A program made the translations under genes and the position numbers. DNA of 64,000 bases from a virus, in IMG/VR virus record IMGVR_UViG_3300029319_009044, positions 32,001-96,000 of that record. One strand, written 5' to 3'. Below the pieces are notes generated by a model. The model was not told the origin of the DNA and ran no database searches. It saw nothing but the letters and a program-made list of their open reading frames with translations. Below are positions 10,908 through 22,052 of the stretch, one piece after another (position 1 is the first letter of the stretch; every line of letters begins with the position of its first letter).

Positions 10908-13256
10908 ATGGGATGTTTAGTAAAATCAAGTTTAAGTGCTTTAAGCTCAGTACAAGGTACTGTATGCCCTACTGATTTAACTTTAGATCAATATACACAG
11001 ACTTTTAATGGTGATTTTAAATTTAATTTTATTTCAGCACTTTCGGGTATTCAAGACTTTAAAAAATTAAATTTTACTAATTTTTACCTAACTACAGATT
11101 TTTTACTTGACGAGGTTACTTCGTTTAAAGAAATAAAAATAAAGCCAGAATCATTTTTTACTACTTTAAATTTTTCTACTTCAAGTGATAATTATTTAAT
11201 TTTTGAAGCTGCATCTTTAAGCTCATTTAAAACAGAAGATAACATTATACAAGCTGAATTTTACGGTACTACTTCTTTCACTAAAATTTTATCTGATGCA
11301 GATAATTACGAAATAAAATTTATTGATGATTTTACTTGCAGTGTTAGTACTATTTACAATAATATTAGATATTTTCTTGTAGTAAGTGATGATGAGCAAG
11401 ATAGCAATAATAGAAGAAGAGTCTTATTTGTAGCTGAAAATAAATTATCTTTAACTGGTAGTTATTTAGAGTATAATTTATTAAAATATAAAAGAGATAG
11501 CTTTATAAATTTATTTTCAAATAAAGGAGGGAAATATGCTATAGTAAATGACGGTGGAAAGTTATACGCTCAAAAATTAGATACTACTGCTAAGTTAAAT
11601 CAATTTTATGTAGCTAATAATTCTATAAAGCTCGATCAAGAAATAAACCTTACTGTACCATCTCCATATAATACCTCTTTTATTACATATGATAATGCTG
11701 GTAATGTAGACAATACAAAAAGTGATTTTAATTTACCTTCAAATTATCTATTTTATAGTAATAGTAATAAAGTAGAGCTAGACTTCAATTTTTATAATTT
11801 AAAAAACATAGTTAATACTCAAGATCAATTTACTTCATCAAATACATTGCTTTCTACTTCTGAAACTACTATTTACAGTCAAGACTTACGAAAATATACA
11901 TCTATATTTTCAGATATTGATAGCGAATATAATGAAGTGTTAGCTTTAAATTTCGTATATAATAACTTTGATTTAGTAATAAAACCCGGTACTACCTATT
12001 TTAAAGCTCCATCGTCAATGCAACCTTTTACAAAGCTCAATATTAATGATACTAAGTTTGTAAAGTGTGGTTCATTTGCTTTTAAGAGACCAGATTTATC
12101 TGATAGAGTATATAGATTAGATGACAACTCCATAAAAGATAAAAATATAACTTATCTTTGTACTTGGTTATCAGGAGCAATAGGTAAAGAAGGTATATGG
12201 GTTGATAGATATTATTACCCTGATTTAGTATCAAAAGAAACTGCTTTAGCTGCATCTCCTGTTTATAATGTTACCTATCAAGATTCAGTAGAAAATTTAA
12301 TAATGAGTAACTCTACTTTAAAGAGTTCAGTTGAAAAGAAATTATATTTAGATAAAAAGAGTGATTTAACTTTTGAGCCTGGTAAGAGATATAAGTATGT
12401 AAGAATATCAAAAGATGATTTTATAAGAGAGTCTCCTACTAATTTTTGTAAAACAGCTAGAATTAATAATAAAGTTAATAACTATTATACAACTATAAAT
12501 GACAACGGTGGCTTTACGTTAGGATTTACTATACAAAATGATACTGGTGATTTTTCAATAATTTCCGAAAGTAACGATATAAATGGAGGTATAGATTTTG
12601 ATAAAACAGGAAATAGCATAACCTTTACATTTAGTTTATTTGACAATAGTACGGTGGGTAATACTTTAGAAAGTAGAATTTTACAAAATACTTTTACTCA
12701 TACATTTACTATTGACCCTTACGAAAAGAATAATATATTTTTATCGTTTAATGCAATTAGGGGAATTTGTAATTTATATTTAAATTCAAATATTATTTAT
12801 AATTTTGAGATAAATGCATACCAACTTTATACCAAGAGAATATTGTTTGGAGATATATTTTTAAACTGGAGCGAAGGCAGTGAAAATAAAAAACGAGAAA
12901 TTTTATTTAATGAAGCTACTTCAAAGCAATTTATATCTGATTTATTTTTAACTCTTGAACCTTTAGAAGAATACAAAGAATTAGCTTATGTATTTGGAAC
13001 TAATATAGATAATATTCAAGACTTAACTATTTCGTTACCTTGCGGAATGAGAAATCTTACCGATACTATAAAAGCAGTAAATTCTATTAATACTAATCTC
13101 AAAAATAAGAGTAATGTTATAGATATTAATATAAAGAATATAGAAATAAGTACAGATATAGAAAATGAAGTTAGAGATGTAGTATTATCAAATATAGTGA
13201 AATCTCTGCCTAAAACTACAGTAATAAATAACGTTAAATTTAATAATTACAAATGA
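10908..13256 (+). CDS. Virion structural protein
   Basis: 782 aa beta-rich composition; TAAATA at 10896-10901. Confidence 0.5.
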   Translation: MGCLVKSSLSALSSVQGTVCPTDLTLDQYTQTFNGDFKFNFISALSGIQDFKKLNFTNFYLTTDFLLDEVTSFKEIKIKPESFFTTLNFSTSSDNYLIFEAASLSSFKTEDNIIQAEFYGTTSFTKILSDADNYEIKFIDDFTCSVSTIYNNIRYFLVVSDDEQDSNNRRRVLFVAENKLSLTGSYLEYNLLKYKRDSFINLFSNKGGKYAIVNDGGKLYAQKLDTTAKLNQFYVANNSIKLDQEINLTVPSPYNTSFITYDNAGNVDNTKSDFNLPSNYLFYSNSNKVELDFNFYNLKNIVNTQDQFTSSNTLLSTSETTIYSQDLRKYTSIFSDIDSEYNEVLALNFVYNNFDLVIKPGTTYFKAPSSMQPFTKLNINDTKFVKCGSFAFKRPDLSDRVYRLDDNSIKDKNITYLCTWLSGAIGKEGIWVDRYYYPDLVSKETALAASPVYNVTYQDSVENLIMSNSTLKSSVEKKLYLDKKSDLTFEPGKRYKYVRISKDDFIRESPTNFCKTARINNKVNNYYTTINDNGGFTLGFTIQNDTGDFSIISESNDINGGIDFDKTGNSITFTFSLFDNSTVGNTLESRILQNTFTHTFTIDPYEKNNIFLSFNAIRGICNLYLNSNIIYNFEINAYQLYTKRILFGDIFLNWSEGSENKKREILFNEATSKQFISDLFLTLEPLEEYKELAYVFGTNIDNIQDLTISLPCGMRNLTDTIKAVNSINTNLKNKSNVIDINIKNIEISTDIENEVRDVVLSNIVKSLPKTTVINNVKFNNYK

Positions 13257-15376
13257 TAGACTATTTTAAATATACTACTGGTAATTTATTTACTCTAAGC
13301 GGAGCAGAATATGATGGACTGTTTAATATAACAGATGGAAAAGCATTCACCGGTAAGTCTTATTCTACATCATCTAAACTTTTAAGCGCAAGTCAGACTT
13401 TTTTAACTAATTGCTTTTTGAATTCGTTTGAATTCGATAGAACTACATCGCCAGTAGATAGTAATTTGATAGAACCTCCAATTATATCTCCTAGAAATAT
13501 AATAGATCAAAATTTTATAGATAGAAATTTACAAATTTTAAATATAAATAATTTGAAGATTTTTGCTCAAAATATTACTGCTAATCCTGATCTCTTTGAT
13601 TTTATAAATTCTGTAGAAAGTAAGGATAGTTACTTTTTAGGGCTGTCTAGTAGTTCTAAAGATATTCGCAATGATGATACTAAAGTATCTAAAACAAATA
13701 GCTTTCCTATTCAAATAGATCCTTTTTCATATATTGATAAAGTACCAGGTTTAGATGTCTTAGATGATACTAAGGATAGTATAATATTTGTATATGACGA
13801 TGAATCATACTACTATTTTACTACTACTTCTACTAATTCTTATACATTTTCTGGCTCCTTTGTAAACGGGGGCAGTTTACTTAGAATAGAAGAAGATGTA
13901 TTTCAAGGTGCAGAAAGATTTTCATATGATAATAATACTGACACGCTCTATGCAGTTACAAATAATGAAAATAACTTTACTTTAAATTTATATGATAATA
14001 GTTTTGTAGCTCCTTGCAGAGTGTTAAAATTAGTTGATCAAATTACTATTGATGATGAAATTGTTGATGGTAGAGTTAGTATAGGTAAAGACATAGTAGG
14101 GTATAGACACGTTGAAGATAATATTATAAAAATAAAACTATTAGTAAAATATACTTTTGAGGATATTATTAATATATTATCATCTAATCCTGCAGAAGAA
14201 ATAATAGATTTTGATATTAGAGATTCAGATGATTCAATATTAGTATTAACTTCTCTGAATGGCTTTGATGCAGAAGAATACTACCTCTATCATTTAGATA
14301 TTGATATAGTGAGTAAAGGATCAGGTAATTATATTTTACCGTTTACACCTAAAGTACTTAAAAGATATAAGCCAGATGTAAATTATGATAAAAAACCAGG
14401 TGAAGTTGATATTTATTTTTCTGGTAATGATTCTAATATTTTAACTATATACGACGAAGGGGCTGTATCTACTAGATTTATAACCAATCCAGAAAATGTT
14501 GCTGGGTTTCCATATAGTAAAAATTTATTATATCTTGAAGACATGTATTTTGATGGAACTCTTGAAAAGTTTAATACTATAGAGAAAAAATTTAATTCAA
14601 ATTTACTACCATCCAATAATTATAACAATTTAAACTTTTTAGTAGCTAAAAATAGTTCAGATTTATTTTATGTACTTCATAATATAGGAAGAATATATCT
14701 TATAAAAGAGAGTAAAATACCCTATAAAAGTTTTATTCCTAATGATCTTAAAACTTTATTTGAAAAAATAATTAGCTGTGAATCTAGTATAGGTATTTCT
14801 CTAAATAGTGAATTACAAAATATTATTAAAGATTCAGTAAATGTATTTTTAAATGCAAGTGTAATACCTTATGAAGAAATGCGAGAAGGTATACCAGTTC
14901 TAGGAAAATACGTATCATATGAAGGTATAGATATTAATTTTCGTAATCTAGAGTTTCATGAAAATGAAGAAATAAATTTTAATAATGTGTCGAGAGTTTT
15001 TAATGAAATTTATAACTTACAAAAAACTATTTTTAATATTATAACTACAGGTGAGGATATTGAAGTAAGTGATTTACCTCCAGTTTTAATTGAAGAAGAT
15101 ACATTAACTGAAGTGCTGAATAATCAATATACTAGTGGAGGTGAGTATATAGTTAGAGAGACTGGAGAGGAATACATAGGTTTTTATCATATACACCCTG
15201 AAAAAGGAGCTATGGTAGGACCTCTACATGTTGCAACACCTCATAATTACTTAGACCCATTTATTGAGCAAGATAATGAAACCTCTTCTATTATTAATCA
15301 AACTACTATTCAAAGCACTTCTAGAAGCTCAACATCTAGTGGTACGTCTAGTGGTACATCAGGATCTTCATATTAA
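13253..15376 (+). CDS. Virion structural protein
   Basis: 707 aa; ATGA overlap; related YTxG...Y.G.[FY] motifs at both ends; Ser/Thr/Gly tail. Confidence 0.5.
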   Translation: MIDYFKYTTGNLFTLSGAEYDGLFNITDGKAFTGKSYSTSSKLLSASQTFLTNCFLNSFEFDRTTSPVDSNLIEPPIISPRNIIDQNFIDRNLQILNINNLKIFAQNITANPDLFDFINSVESKDSYFLGLSSSSKDIRNDDTKVSKTNSFPIQIDPFSYIDKVPGLDVLDDTKDSIIFVYDDESYYYFTTTSTNSYTFSGSFVNGGSLLRIEEDVFQGAERFSYDNNTDTLYAVTNNENNFTLNLYDNSFVAPCRVLKLVDQITIDDEIVDGRVSIGKDIVGYRHVEDNIIKIKLLVKYTFEDIINILSSNPAEEIIDFDIRDSDDSILVLTSLNGFDAEEYYLYHLDIDIVSKGSGNYILPFTPKVLKRYKPDVNYDKKPGEVDIYFSGNDSNILTIYDEGAVSTRFITNPENVAGFPYSKNLLYLEDMYFDGTLEKFNTIEKKFNSNLLPSNNYNNLNFLVAKNSSDLFYVLHNIGRIYLIKESKIPYKSFIPNDLKTLFEKIISCESSIGISLNSELQNIIKDSVNVFLNASVIPYEEMREGIPVLGKYVSYEGIDINFRNLEFHENEEINFNNVSRVFNEIYNLQKTIFNIITTGEDIEVSDLPPVLIEEDTLTEVLNNQYTSGGEYIVRETGEEYIGFYHIHPEKGAMVGPLHVATPHNYLDPFIEQDNETSSIINQTTIQSTSRSSTSSGTSSGTSGSSY

Positions 15377-15384
15377 ATAAAGTT

Positions 15385-17616
15385 ATGGCAGGCATAGGTG
15401 AAAGTTTAAAAGGATTAAGAATAGCTGACTATTATTCTTCATTGTTGCATGTTAGTGGAGCTAATATATCTCTATTAGGTGATAACAAAATATATGATGG
15501 TGTTGGTAATACTACAGGTCTTTCTTTGAGTAGTATAGATGATAGAGTTAGTTTTAACCATTACATATATCCTGAAGGTTTTGATAGTGTTAATGAGTGG
15601 ATTGATGCATTTTATCCAATTAATAGTATAATCTTAACTGCAACTAATAATAATCCTACTAATAGAATAGCTGGTACTAAATGGGTCTTAGATAGTGGTG
15701 GCAGATTTTTTGTAGGTGTAGGTGGCTCTGATAAAGAATTTTCTCCAGGTGGTGATGGAGTTAATTCTGGTGACTTAGCTGGCGAATATACAGTAAAACT
15801 TAATGGAAGTAATTTACCAGCTCATACACATGATATTAATTTAGGAACTTCAACTTTAGGAGATACATCTTTAACTAATGTTTTTAGTTATTATTTTGGA
15901 CCTACTATTAATCCACGGGGGTTAACTGAAGAAAAAGCATATACTACTACTAATGACCTACTTCCTAATGTGTCAGATAACCCTTTTTCATATTTCTTAA
16001 ATCAAGATGAAATTGAAGCATTTCAAAATAATACTTACTTTGACGGTCATGATAATTATAGAGATTTTTTAATTAAAAAAAGACATGATGAAGGATTTAA
16101 ATATAGTGATGCTGATTTTGATCCTAAACTAGCTAGTTATTCATTAGCAGGGTGGGGAGGCTCTGTTGTAGGAGGACCAGGGTGGGGTGGTTTTATTAAC
16201 ACTAATATACCTAATACAAAAACTTTTATACCTAATAGCCCTAGACCAGTTGGTGTTGAATGGAGTTCTCAAAATGTAGTATTAGAAACTGCAGACTTCG
16301 ATCCTAGAGATGCAGATAGGGTACACCCAGGAAGATTAGGTTCTGAAGATTTATTAAAAGCTAGAAATATAATTATTGATGTGTTAGGTAAAGAGGAAGC
16401 AGCTATAGCATTAGCTAATGTAGATCGTTTAAAAGAATTAAATGAAATAGTGGAAATCGCTCAAACTGACAATGTATATTTAAACGGGCAAGTTAGAGGA
16501 TCAACTACAGTACCTTCTTCTAATACTGGTAGTACTGTAGCTCATAATAATATAAACCCTAGTTATGGTTTTTATGTTTGGAGAAGAGTACCATTAGATT
16601 TCGTAGAAGAGGAAATAGATAAAGGAGGTGGAGCTACAGTTATTCCAACTTCAACTCTATTTAAAGGAACTATCACTACTAATAAAGAAAATTTACAACT
16701 AGATGAATGGGCTAAAGATAGAGGGTGGGATGGTTTAGGTCCAGCAGAAATAACTATAAGTGAAAATGTATACATTTATTCAGATGATACTGAGTTACCT
16801 GCATTAACTACAGGAAATTGGCCTGGGGGATTAACTTTAATTAATAATGGCTTTATTATGGGCAGAGGTGGAGATGGTGGCTCATTGAGATCGGTTTTAA
16901 CTTTAGACAAACCTATAGCGGAAGGTAAAAATATATGGGATGGAAATGATGGAGGAGATGCTATATTTATAAACACTACTGATAGTATAACTATTACCAA
17001 TAATGGTGGAATAGCTGGTGGCGGAGGTGGTGGAGCTGGTAGTGGTACCGGTAACTTTGGTGGAGGAGGAGGCGGTGCAGGTGGCGGTAACGGTGGTTTA
17101 GGAGCTGGACCTTCTAGGGATCAATATGAATTAGGAGGCCCTGGTGGTGGACCAGGTTTACCTGGAGAAGATGGCAATAACTGGAAAAATTTAGATACTG
17201 ATGCTATAGCTGGAAGAACACGTGCATTTTTACAAGGAAGGGGTGGTGAAGCTGGTGGAGGAGGATCAGGAGGTTTTAAAAGAAAAGGTAACGATCCTCA
17301 TGGAGGCGGTGGAGGTGGTGGAAGAGTATTATCTCTTACTGCATCAGGAGGATCCGGAGGTGCCTACGGTGGAGGTGATGGCGGATCTACTAACGAAGCT
17401 GGAGAATCAGTAAGTTCAAGAGAAAACTTTCCATGGGGTAATGCTGCTGGTGGAGGAGGATGGGGAGCTGATGGAGGAGATTGTTTTAACTCTAGAAGAG
17501 TATCTGGTGTTGCAAGAATAGCGCCTAAAGGTGGTAAAGGAGGAAAAGCAATATTTTCTATTTTAAATGCAAGCTTTACAATTAATGGTGGAATAGTTTA
17601 TGGTACTATAGACTAG
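15385..17616 (+). CDS. Tail fibre/baseplate protein: gp10-like C-terminal scaffold fused to a gp38-like glycine-rich adhesin
   Basis: YPINSI...NP...GTKW...GRFFVG...LPAHTH...HNNINP.Y..YVWRR scaffold; C-terminal INNGFIMGRGGDGG, IAGGGGGG and terminal IVYG typical of T-even gp38. Confidence 0.65.
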   Translation: MAGIGESLKGLRIADYYSSLLHVSGANISLLGDNKIYDGVGNTTGLSLSSIDDRVSFNHYIYPEGFDSVNEWIDAFYPINSIILTATNNNPTNRIAGTKWVLDSGGRFFVGVGGSDKEFSPGGDGVNSGDLAGEYTVKLNGSNLPAHTHDINLGTSTLGDTSLTNVFSYYFGPTINPRGLTEEKAYTTTNDLLPNVSDNPFSYFLNQDEIEAFQNNTYFDGHDNYRDFLIKKRHDEGFKYSDADFDPKLASYSLAGWGGSVVGGPGWGGFINTNIPNTKTFIPNSPRPVGVEWSSQNVVLETADFDPRDADRVHPGRLGSEDLLKARNIIIDVLGKEEAAIALANVDRLKELNEIVEIAQTDNVYLNGQVRGSTTVPSSNTGSTVAHNNINPSYGFYVWRRVPLDFVEEEIDKGGGATVIPTSTLFKGTITTNKENLQLDEWAKDRGWDGLGPAEITISENVYIYSDDTELPALTTGNWPGGLTLINNGFIMGRGGDGGSLRSVLTLDKPIAEGKNIWDGNDGGDAIFINTTDSITITNNGGIAGGGGGGAGSGTGNFGGGGGGAGGGNGGLGAGPSRDQYELGGPGGGPGLPGEDGNNWKNLDTDAIAGRTRAFLQGRGGEAGGGGSGGFKRKGNDPHGGGGGGGRVLSLTASGGSGGAYGGGDGGSTNEAGESVSSRENFPWGNAAGGGGWGADGGDCFNSRRVSGVARIAPKGGKGGKAIFSILNASFTINGGIVYGTID

Positions 17617-17645
17617 TATTTAAAGGTTCTGACATAAATAATAGT

Positions 17646-18815
17646 ATGCCTGAAAGTTTAGAGAATCAATTTATATCTGATTTATATACTTCTCTTTTAC
17701 ATTTAAGTGGTGCAGAGTTAGGTGAGAAAGGTCCTTTAAATAAAGTTTTTGACGGCGCAGGTAATTCTACCGGGTTAGCGTTAAGTGGTGATAGGGTAAT
17801 TGTAAATAACTATATTTACCCCAAAGGTTTTACTACTAGAGACCCTCTAGAATGGTTAGATAGTTTTTATCCTATAGGTAGTATTCAATTAACACTAGAT
17901 GATAATAATCCAACTGACAGAATTGCTGGTACAGTATGGACGAGGGTAGCAGAAGGAAGATTTTTAGTAGGAACTGGTACTTTAACTGATAAAAATGGAG
18001 TTACAAGAGAATTTTGTCCTGGTGGAGCTGAAGAAGAAGCTAATGATCAACGAAATGGAAATGGTGATTTAGCTGGTGAGTATACAACTACTTTAACAGA
18101 AGAAAATTTACCAGCACATACCCATGATGTTAATATAGGAGCTACAGATGTACAAATATCTAATCCTGCAGGAAATAGTACTTCAACACAATCACCTAAT
18201 GTTGGTACAGTTAATTCAACTCAAGATTTTCAAGAGCAACAAAGAGCTAGACAATCTCTAGGTAGAAAAGTATATGCATATCCTGGTGAGTATGATTCTT
18301 CTCTTTTAATAGATTTTAGAAGTGCAGCATTTAGAGATGACTGGAGAGATTATCCATGGTTGTATGCTTTAGACTTTGGTTTTGATAGAGGAACTGCTGC
18401 TAATTATTCAGCTGCAACAAGAGCACTTTATACTACTAGTTGGGCAACTAAATATCAATTTAAAGAAATGATAGGAATATGGAACGGTGAAACTAGGTTT
18501 GTATCTGATTCAAAGGTTCAGGTAGGAGTTACAACTGGTGGTAGAGGCGGTCGTGTAGTAACCGGTGAAATAAGATTATCTAAATCTCCTTATCAGTATG
18601 CCTTAGAATTAGGTGCTGTTGATATAGGAAATGCAACAGCTGGGGATTTTGTTAAACAAAATAATACAGTACCTACAGTTACAGCACCATCTGATATAAT
18701 AAATAGAGATGAGAGTGTTAACAATACTAGAGTATCAGCTTCAGTAGGTGAAAGTTTAGCACATAATAATATACCTCCATCATATGGTGTTTATGTATGG
18801 AAAAGAATAATGTAA
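17646..18815 (+). CDS. Tail/baseplate protein with gp10-like C-terminal scaffold (paralog of the 15385 gene)
   Basis: YPIGSI...NPTDRIAGTVW...GRFLVG...LPAHTH...HNNIPPSYGVYVWKR; shares the SLLH.SGA...DG.GN.TGL N-terminus. Confidence 0.65.
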   Translation: MPESLENQFISDLYTSLLHLSGAELGEKGPLNKVFDGAGNSTGLALSGDRVIVNNYIYPKGFTTRDPLEWLDSFYPIGSIQLTLDDNNPTDRIAGTVWTRVAEGRFLVGTGTLTDKNGVTREFCPGGAEEEANDQRNGNGDLAGEYTTTLTEENLPAHTHDVNIGATDVQISNPAGNSTSTQSPNVGTVNSTQDFQEQQRARQSLGRKVYAYPGEYDSSLLIDFRSAAFRDDWRDYPWLYALDFGFDRGTAANYSAATRALYTTSWATKYQFKEMIGIWNGETRFVSDSKVQVGVTTGGRGGRVVTGEIRLSKSPYQYALELGAVDIGNATAGDFVKQNNTVPTVTAPSDIINRDESVNNTRVSASVGESLAHNNIPPSYGVYVWKRIM

Positions 18816-18819
18816 GTTT

Positions 18820-20307
18820 ATGGCAAATATAACTATAGTAAAATTAAAAGTTAGACGCGGATCAGATGCGCAACGAAAAACTATTGTTTTAGATCAAGGA
18901 GAAATAGGTTATACTCTTGATACTAGGCGTTTATTTGTTGGTGATGGTTCAACTTTTGGAGGACAATCAGTAGGTACTAAAAATATAGGACCTTTCGCAA
19001 ATGTAGCAAGTTTAGGACCTGATAGCTCTCCAGGTATGCAAGTAGGAGATATAGGATATGCAGATAGTAAGTTATATATGCTTACATCTACTAATTATAA
19101 CGATTCGTTATCTGGTTATGCATATATAGGTAATTTACCCGATGATACATTTTTAGAATTTGATTCAAATAATAAACTTACTATTAGAAAAGAAGCCTTT
19201 AATGCAGAATTTTTTACTCCTACATTTTTTGGGGAAGGTTTATTATCTGCTGCAGGTGGTGTAGCTTCAGTTAACACTAATAGTGATTATTTTGAGATAT
19301 CAGCAAGCTCAATTACACCTGTAGCTAATTCGATTACCGAAAGAGAAATTAAAACTACAGCTTTATCTTCAGGATTAGTAGGCGGTAATAGTACTCCTTT
19401 AAAAGTTAATATTGACCCTGAACAATTTGAATTTGATGTAAATAGTAAAATTAAATTAAAATCTTTAGGAGCTACAACTATACCGGTATCGAGTTGGGCC
19501 GGTCAAGATGGTAATAACTTAGTAGGAAGTGGTTTATCTATTGATGCTATTACTAATAAACTTAAAACAGATTTAAGAACAGTTAATATCGATACATTTT
19601 CAGTATCTGATGGTAAATTATCTCTATTTGGAGCTACTTCTTCTGCTCAAGAATTTCCATTCTTAACTACAAAAGACGGGTTAATTAAAAAAATTCAAAC
19701 TTCTATTTATGATGTAGTAACTGGTACAGGAAGCAATACTAAGAGTGCTATACCTGTAGGAACTCTCTTACCTCATGCTAGAGCTTTTACTAATTCAGTA
19801 CCTGAAGGATTCTTACTTGCTAATGGTCGAAATTTAAGTCAAACTGAATATTCAGAACTTTATGATGTTATAGGTACTAGTTACGGTGCTGGGGATGGTT
19901 CTGGTAATACTTTTAGTCTACCTAACTTAACAGGCGGGGGCATGCCAGCCGTATTATATGGTGCAGGTGCTATAGCTCCTATAGCAGGAGATTTTACAGG
20001 TTCTCAAAAATTCTTAGATGGAGATACTAGTTCATCAGGTGCTATATTAAGCGGATTTGGTGTAAACTTTATAATAAAATATACTGAAGACCCTATTACA
20101 AATATCTTTAATGGAGCTCCTAATGCTGTATCTATTGAAGGAATAGGTAGAAATGATAACCAAGTATTTAAAGGTAAAGATCATACCGGTGCTACTGTTA
20201 GTTTAAGTTCTGCCGGTTTTATAACTTTTGCATTATCTGGAAATGTAAGGAATCCTGATAGTGATGGTGCATTTGATAAATTTGCAATTCCAATTTTTAA
20301 CTATTAA
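18820..20307 (+). CDS. Tail fibre protein (Mtd-N-like N-terminus plus tail collar domain)
   Basis: KVRRG...LDQGEIGYTLDTRRLFVGDG; IPVGTLLP...PEGFLLANG...YSELYDVIGTSYG...TFSLPNL collar. Confidence 0.75.
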   Translation: MANITIVKLKVRRGSDAQRKTIVLDQGEIGYTLDTRRLFVGDGSTFGGQSVGTKNIGPFANVASLGPDSSPGMQVGDIGYADSKLYMLTSTNYNDSLSGYAYIGNLPDDTFLEFDSNNKLTIRKEAFNAEFFTPTFFGEGLLSAAGGVASVNTNSDYFEISASSITPVANSITEREIKTTALSSGLVGGNSTPLKVNIDPEQFEFDVNSKIKLKSLGATTIPVSSWAGQDGNNLVGSGLSIDAITNKLKTDLRTVNIDTFSVSDGKLSLFGATSSAQEFPFLTTKDGLIKKIQTSIYDVVTGTGSNTKSAIPVGTLLPHARAFTNSVPEGFLLANGRNLSQTEYSELYDVIGTSYGAGDGSGNTFSLPNLTGGGMPAVLYGAGAIAPIAGDFTGSQKFLDGDTSSSGAILSGFGVNFIIKYTEDPITNIFNGAPNAVSIEGIGRNDNQVFKGKDHTGATVSLSSAGFITFALSGNVRNPDSDGAFDKFAIPIFNY

Positions 20308-20316
20308 ATATTAACA

Positions 20317-22020
20317 ATGTCGATAGAAATTTTAGAAAATACTTTAATTAAACTTCTAGTAAGAAGAGGTACTGATAATGATAGAGGTAATATCATTTTA
20401 GAAAGTGGTGAACTTGGATTTACTACTGATACCCAAGATTTATATATAGGTGATGGAGCTACTAAGGGAGGGTTAATCGTTGGTAACAAATATAAAGGAA
20501 AGGCAGGTAATGTTACATCTCTAGCTCCTTGTGTTACTGGAGATTATGCTTTTGAAACTGATACTAATACTCTTAAAATATTACAGGGGGGAACAGGATC
20601 TAATGCTACTGACTGGTTAAAAGTTGCTAACTTACTAAGTGCTGGTGATGGAACAATATCAATAGTAGATGATAAATCTATAAAAGTTGGAATTTTATCT
20701 TCTGGCAATTTTTCACCTGATTGTTTAGGAGATTCTCTACAAATACTATCTGATAAAATATCTTTAAGTTCTACAATAACTATAGATAGAATAAACCGGA
20801 AAACAACAACTGCTACTAGCTACTTAACTCTACCTTCAAAATTAAAGATAAACAGTATAGATTACGATTTCCCGAGTGTAGCACCTACTGATAATGCATT
20901 TTTAGGATCTAATTCGTCTGGTGTGTTAAATTGGTCTATTCCAGGTTTAGTTGAATCAGTAGTAGCACCTTCTACTGCTAGTGTTTTACCTGTAGGTACT
21001 ATTGTACCTTTTGCATCAGGTAGTGTTGCTGTGCCTTATGGCTGGTTAGAATGCGATGGAGCTGAATATGCAAGTAATTCTATATATTCAGATCTTTCAG
21101 CTGTTATACATACTGCTTATAATACTCCTGCTGCGACTGCAGATCATTTTAGAGTGCCTAATCTAAATGGTAAGGTGTTATATGGAACGTCTTTAGAAGA
21201 TCCAGCTACTAGTACATTAATGCCTGTAACTACAGCATCAAATACTAATACTTTTAGAAACCTTTCTGCTACAGGAATGAATTATATTATAAAAGCTATA
21301 GGTGGGGTTACTATTCCTACTTTTACTATAGGAAAGAACCTTTCAGCTTTTGTTACTACTCCTTCTGGATCTAAAAAGTATGATAAAACTGATACTGCTT
21401 TTAATCCGTTAAGCGGTTCAATTGAAATTGAAAGACCAGCTCCCGGACAAGTTGTATTTAATAACGCAGGTATTCAAACTGGAACTGATGGATTTACGTT
21501 TCCTGATGGTATACACCATGTAAAATATACTGTTACTGGTTCAGGTACAAAAGGAGGTGCTGCGCCTGGAGGTGCAGGAGCAACTGCTATTGGTTATCTT
21601 TCAGCTACTCCAGGAACAAACTTTACTATAGAAGTAGGTTCAGGATTCAATTCTGCTGACGCTCCTGTTAATGGTAATCAATCTGCTATTAGACTTACAG
21701 ACGGTACTGCTATAGTAACTGCTGAAGGAGGAATATATGAAGGTGATAAAGCACAAAATGCTGCAGAAAATCAATTACAAATTCCAACAGCTATTGCAAG
21801 TGGGGTTATTGATACTTCAAACGCTCATGTACTTAACGGTTATGTTATACAAGGAGGATCAGGATTAAATGATACTAGCAGCGGTGGTGATGAAGAATCA
21901 ATTGGTGCAGCTTCATATTTTGGAACTGCTCCTGCTCCAGGTGGAGGTCAAGCTAGTCATGATGGCAATCCTATAGGTCCTCCGCCAGGAAATGGTGTTG
22001 TAATTATAGAATGGTCGTAG
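20317..22020 (+). CDS. Tail fibre protein (Mtd-N-like, tail collar, Gly-rich tip)
   Basis: LLVRRG...LESGELGFTTDTQDLYIGDG; LPVGTIVPFA...PYGWLECDG...FRVPNL; ends GNGVVIIEW. Confidence 0.75.
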   Translation: MSIEILENTLIKLLVRRGTDNDRGNIILESGELGFTTDTQDLYIGDGATKGGLIVGNKYKGKAGNVTSLAPCVTGDYAFETDTNTLKILQGGTGSNATDWLKVANLLSAGDGTISIVDDKSIKVGILSSGNFSPDCLGDSLQILSDKISLSSTITIDRINRKTTTATSYLTLPSKLKINSIDYDFPSVAPTDNAFLGSNSSGVLNWSIPGLVESVVAPSTASVLPVGTIVPFASGSVAVPYGWLECDGAEYASNSIYSDLSAVIHTAYNTPAATADHFRVPNLNGKVLYGTSLEDPATSTLMPVTTASNTNTFRNLSATGMNYIIKAIGGVTIPTFTIGKNLSAFVTTPSGSKKYDKTDTAFNPLSGSIEIERPAPGQVVFNNAGIQTGTDGFTFPDGIHHVKYTVTGSGTKGGAAPGGAGATAIGYLSATPGTNFTIEVGSGFNSADAPVNGNQSAIRLTDGTAIVTAEGGIYEGDKAQNAAENQLQIPTAIASGVIDTSNAHVLNGYVIQGGSGLNDTSSGGDEESIGAASYFGTAPAPGGGQASHDGNPIGPPPGNGVVIIEWS

Positions 22021-22052
22021 TTGCTTTTAATTTACTTTAATATAACTAAAGT

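Noticed and set aside
18820-22020. Diversity-generating retroelement suggested by Mtd-N-like domains
   Set aside because: No reverse transcriptase and no template/variable repeat pair seen; this N-terminal domain is common in ordinary fibres
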